Positions 41,907 to 45,509 of a stretch of DNA of 45,509 nt are shown piece by piece (within the stretch, counting starts at the first letter, position 1; each line of letters opens with the position of its first letter). Under the pieces are notes generated by a model. The model saw only the letters and a list, made by a program, of their open reading frames with translations. It was not told where the DNA came from and ran no database searches. The translations under genes were made by a program, and so were the position numbers. Origin of the DNA: Lentimicrobium sp. (GTDB lineage: Bacteria > Bacteroidota > Bacteroidia > Bacteroidales > 4484-276); NCBI GenBank assembly GCA_012516825.1, contig JAAYWF010000208.1, forward strand, positions 1 to 45,509, written 5' to 3'.

Positions 41907-44900
41907 AATTCACCGAACATAAACTCGAAACCACCTTTATCCAACTGCTATCGGAAAAGGGCTATATGCACAGCACGGGTGTATCGGTGCCACGTGCTTC
42001 GGTGGATGAGGCGCTGATAGAAGATGATTTGCGGCGGTTTTTGTTGTCACGGTATCAGGCAGAAAACTTGACGGGAAATGAGGTAAATTCCATTATTTTA
42101 CAACTAAAATCCCTTCCTGCAAGTGATTTGTACGAAAGCAACAGGCGGTTTATGCAGATGCTTTCGGACGGTTTTATTCTGAAAAGGGAAGACCGCACGC
42201 AGAAAGATATCTATATTGAGCTTATTGATTACAGAGGATTGGAAAAACAGCTACAACTTGGCCCTGAAATGGCTATTATCCTGGCTGCGGATAAAGATGA
42301 AGAAGACTACTCACCCGATAAGAATATTTACAGATTTGTAAACCAAATGGAAATCGTGGGTACCGAAAAACGTATTCCCGACGGAATTATTTACGTAAAT
42401 GGTTTGCCTTTAGTGGTTTTTGAATTTAAGACAACCATTGAGGAAAATACCACTATTCATGATGCTTACAAACAACTTACGGTACGTTATCGTCGTGATA
42501 TTCCCGTGCTTTTTAAGTACAATGCTTTTTGCGTTATCAGCGACGGTATAAACAACAAGGCGGGTTCGTTTTTTGCCCCTTACGAATTTTATTATGCATG
42601 GCGAAGAGTGGCAGGTTCGGCAAAAGATGCTGAAGGCATCAGCAGTATGTTTACATTAATTAAAGGAATGTTTAATAAAAACCGTTTTCGGGATATCCTT
42701 CGCAACTTTATCTTTTTTCCCGACACGGGAGATAAAGAAACGAAAATTGTTTGTCGCTATCCGCAATATTACGCTGCTCGGGCTTTGTTTGAAAATATCA
42801 AGCATGAGCAAAAACCGCACGGTAACAGTAAAGGCGGAACCTATTTCGGCGCTACCGGCAGCGGCAAAAGTTTCACGATGCTTTACCTGACCCGCTTGCT
42901 GATGAAAAGCGAACATTTTGCAAGTCCTACGATAGTACTGATTACAGACCGCACCGATTTAGACGACCAACTTGTGGCACAATTTATCAATGCCAAGAAA
43001 TTCATCGGCGACGACACGGTACAAAGCGTCGAAAGCCGTACTGATTTACGTGAAAAACTACAAGGCAGACAAAGCGGAGGCGTTTTCCTTACCACCATCC
43101 AGAAATTTACCGAAGATACGGAACTACTTACCAAACGTAGTAATGTGATTTGCATTTCGGACGAAGCACACCGTACACAAACCAATCTTGAGCAAAAAAT
43201 CACTATTACCGAACAGGGTGTTATTAAATCGTATGGCTTTGCCAAATATCTGCACGATTCATTGCCCAATGCCACTTACGTAGGTTTTACAGGAACACCC
43301 ATAGATGCTACTTTGGATGTTTTCGGTCCGGTGGTGGATGCCTACACCATGACTGAATCGGTTCGTGATGAAATCACTGTGCGCATCGTTTACGAAGGCA
43401 GAGCTGCTAAAGTGGCGTTAGATAATAGTAAATTAGAAGAGATTGAACGTTACTATGAAGCAGCTGCGGAAGCGGGAGCCAATAAATACCAAATTGAACA
43501 AAGTAAAAAAGAGACTGCCAAGATGAATACCATCCTTGGCGACACGAAACGTTTACAGAATGTTGCCGAAGATTTTGTTGCTCATTACGAAAAACGTGTT
43601 TTGGAAAAAGCATCGTTGAAAGGCAAAGCAATGTTTGTTTGCAGCAGCAGAGAAATCGCTTACGAATTATTTAAGCGAATTATAGCTCTTAGACCCGAAT
43701 GGAACGAAATACGTGAAGCAGATGAAGATGCAGAACTTTCCGACAAGGATAAAAAGGAGTTGAAACCGATTGAGCGTATAAAAATGGTAATGACCCGCTC
43801 AAAAGACGACGAGAAAGAACTTTGGGATTTGTTAGGAACAAAGGAAGACAGAAAAGAGCTCGACAGACAATTCAAAAATGAGAAATCTAACTTTAAAATC
43901 GCTATCGTGGTGGATATGTGGCTCACAGGCTTCGATGTGCCTTCTTTAGACACTATTTACATTGACAAGCCAATTCAACAGCATAGTTTAATACAAACTA
44001 TTTCGCGGGTCAATCGGAAAGTGGAAGGTAAACACAAAGGTCTTGTGGTAGATTATATTGGAATAAAAAACAAAATGAATTTAGCGCTTGCACAATACGA
44101 TAAAATGGACGGCAAAAATTTTGAGGATATTTCTCAATCGCTCGTAATTATGCGCGACCATTTGGATTTGCTAAAACGCCTGATGCACAAGTTTGATGAT
44201 ACAAAATATTTCAAAGGTTTTGCTTTGGAACAGCTGAATACGCTGAATATGGCAGCCGAATTTGCACAGCAAACCAAAGAGACGGAAACTCGATTTATGG
44301 GATTAACAAGACGATTGAAAGCAGCTTATGATATTTGCGTGGGAAGCGAGCAAATAACGCAGGAGGAGCGAGACCATGTGCATTTTTATATGGCCGTTCG
44401 CTCTATTATTTTCAAGTTGACTAAAGGTGATACTCCCGATGTGGTACAAATGAACAACCGTGTGCGTGAAATGATTGAAGAAGCTTTGCGAAGCGACGGA
44501 GTGGAGGAAATCCTGAAAATCGGTGAAGATGCCAAAAGTGAACAGGATTTGTTTGACGGAGCCTATTTGGCTAAAATCAATAGGATAAAGCTACCCAATA
44601 CGAAAATCAAACTTTTGCAAAAACTATTGACAAAAGCTATTGGGCAATTACGAACAGTAAACCGCCTGAAAGGAATTGATTTCAGCCGCAGGATGCAACA
44701 ATTGGTAGAGCAATACAACAACCGTTCGGCGAATGATATTTTGCGAAGCGAGGTATATGAAGAAATGGCTGAACAACTTACCAACTTGATTTGGGATGTT
44801 CACAAAGAGTTTACTGCCGGAGAAGAATTGGGAATTGACTTTGAAGAAAAAGCCTTTTATGATATACTAAAAGAGCTGTGCGTGAAATACGATTTCACAT

Positions 44901-45121
44901 ATCCGGACGACAAAATGATATTATTGTCTAAAAAGGTAAAAGAGTTAGTGGATAGCCAATCCCGTTATCCCGATTGGAATAAGCGTGAAGATATAAAATC
45001 GGCATTGAAAGTGGGATTAATTTTACTGCTTGATGAATACAATTATCCACCCGTTGAACAAGATGAAGTTTATGTAGAAATCTTTGAACAAGCGGAGAAT
45101 TTTAAGAAAAATAGGGTATGA
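41903..45121 (+). CDS. hsdR: Type I restriction-modification system, endonuclease/translocase subunit R
   Basis: 1072 aa. N-terminal PD-(D/E)xK nuclease (IPDGIIYVNGLPLVVFEFK). SF2 motifs GATGSGKS, ISDEAHR, GFTGTPI and QTISRVNR. The C-terminal helical domain with ...FEEKAFYDILK... is typical of the HsdR C-terminal (DUF3387-like) region. Confidence 0.95.
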   Translation: MKFTEHKLETTFIQLLSEKGYMHSTGVSVPRASVDEALIEDDLRRFLLSRYQAENLTGNEVNSIILQLKSLPASDLYESNRRFMQMLSDGFILKREDRTQKDIYIELIDYRGLEKQLQLGPEMAIILAADKDEEDYSPDKNIYRFVNQMEIVGTEKRIPDGIIYVNGLPLVVFEFKTTIEENTTIHDAYKQLTVRYRRDIPVLFKYNAFCVISDGINNKAGSFFAPYEFYYAWRRVAGSAKDAEGISSMFTLIKGMFNKNRFRDILRNFIFFPDTGDKETKIVCRYPQYYAARALFENIKHEQKPHGNSKGGTYFGATGSGKSFTMLYLTRLLMKSEHFASPTIVLITDRTDLDDQLVAQFINAKKFIGDDTVQSVESRTDLREKLQGRQSGGVFLTTIQKFTEDTELLTKRSNVICISDEAHRTQTNLEQKITITEQGVIKSYGFAKYLHDSLPNATYVGFTGTPIDATLDVFGPVVDAYTMTESVRDEITVRIVYEGRAAKVALDNSKLEEIERYYEAAAEAGANKYQIEQSKKETAKMNTILGDTKRLQNVAEDFVAHYEKRVLEKASLKGKAMFVCSSREIAYELFKRIIALRPEWNEIREADEDAELSDKDKKELKPIERIKMVMTRSKDDEKELWDLLGTKEDRKELDRQFKNEKSNFKIAIVVDMWLTGFDVPSLDTIYIDKPIQQHSLIQTISRVNRKVEGKHKGLVVDYIGIKNKMNLALAQYDKMDGKNFEDISQSLVIMRDHLDLLKRLMHKFDDTKYFKGFALEQLNTLNMAAEFAQQTKETETRFMGLTRRLKAAYDICVGSEQITQEERDHVHFYMAVRSIIFKLTKGDTPDVVQMNNRVREMIEEALRSDGVEEILKIGEDAKSEQDLFDGAYLAKINRIKLPNTKIKLLQKLLTKAIGQLRTVNRLKGIDFSRRMQQLVEQYNNRSANDILRSEVYEEMAEQLTNLIWDVHKEFTAGEELGIDFEEKAFYDILKELCVKYDFTYPDDKMILLSKKVKELVDSQSRYPDWNKREDIKSALKVGLILLLDEYNYPPVEQDEVYVEIFEQAENFKKNRV

Positions 45122-45242
45122 CGCTTTGAAAAATACAACCTGAAATAACAAGAAGGGAGCTTGCCAAAAAGTTAGATAGAACGGAAGACAGTTTTCATTC
45201 TTTTTGAAGAAGAAAACAAGGACAATTAAATTTATATTAAAT

Positions 45243-45276
45243 AATCCCGGTGATTAATTTCATCGGGATTTTTTGT
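45243..45276 (+). terminator. Intrinsic terminator after hsdR
   Basis: Stem AATCCCGGTGA / TCATCGGGATT (11 bp, one G-U pair) with a 6-nt loop, followed by TTTTTG. Confidence 0.7.
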
Positions 45277-45509
45277 TGGTTGTTGATGTTCAAGAAAATA
45301 TGATTTTATTTAAGATATTAAGACAAAAACTTTTTAACAGGTTGGCGCTGATCGCTCACAATTGATTATTTTTAGGCCTTGGTTTTAAGATAAAAATCAA
45401 CTAAGAATGTATAAGATCTACTTAATTATCAGTGGTTTATTTTAAATGCTTCGATAATAACTATTAAACATATACTTTTAAATTATGAAAAACATCTACA
45501 ACTATTTAA

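Noticed and set aside
45485-45509. ATG-initiated ORF (MKNIYNYL...) running off the right edge of the window.
   Set aside because: Only 8 codons are visible, which is too little to call.

Overview
This is a low-GC bacterial chromosomal segment, most likely Bacteroidota. The evidence is TAnnTTTG -7 promoter elements, almost no Shine-Dalgarno sequences, and gene content including a methylmalonyl-CoA mutase pair. Positions 1-34.3 kb are ordinary core genome. They hold a large multi-TM sensor histidine kinase and scrambled IS5-family transposase remnants. Next is a minus-strand nucleotide-sugar block (rfbB, galE, and WbpA-, WbpD- and WbpE-like genes). Housekeeping genes follow: fbaA, tyrS, lutB-like, rpiB, nadA, tmk, a RhaD-like aldolase, tadA, ferritin, pheT, gyrB, mutA/mutB and dnaK. 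The accessory part starts right after the dnaK terminator. It is a seven-gene, tightly overlapping plus-strand operon (34711-45121) bounded by terminator hairpins. It encodes a complete type I restriction-modification system (hsdM, hsdS, hsdR) with four non-R-M genes interleaved. These are a 677-aa AlbA_2/Schlafen-like + HATPase_c_4 + wHTH protein, a 140-aa tail-anchored membrane protein, a 361-aa short AlbA_2-domain protein, and a RhuM-family protein. The best candidate for an undescribed system is the tail-anchored TM protein plus short AlbA_2 pair (39432-40936). It sits in a roughly 2-kb block of much lower GC that also includes the second target-recognition domain of hsdS, and it is preceded by the only canonical Shine-Dalgarno site seen in the operon. 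A second oddity is an array of about 11 palindromic AAG[G/C]TTGCAA[G/C]CTT units inside the long AlbA_2 gene. All functional calls rest on motif recognition by eye. No database searches were run.
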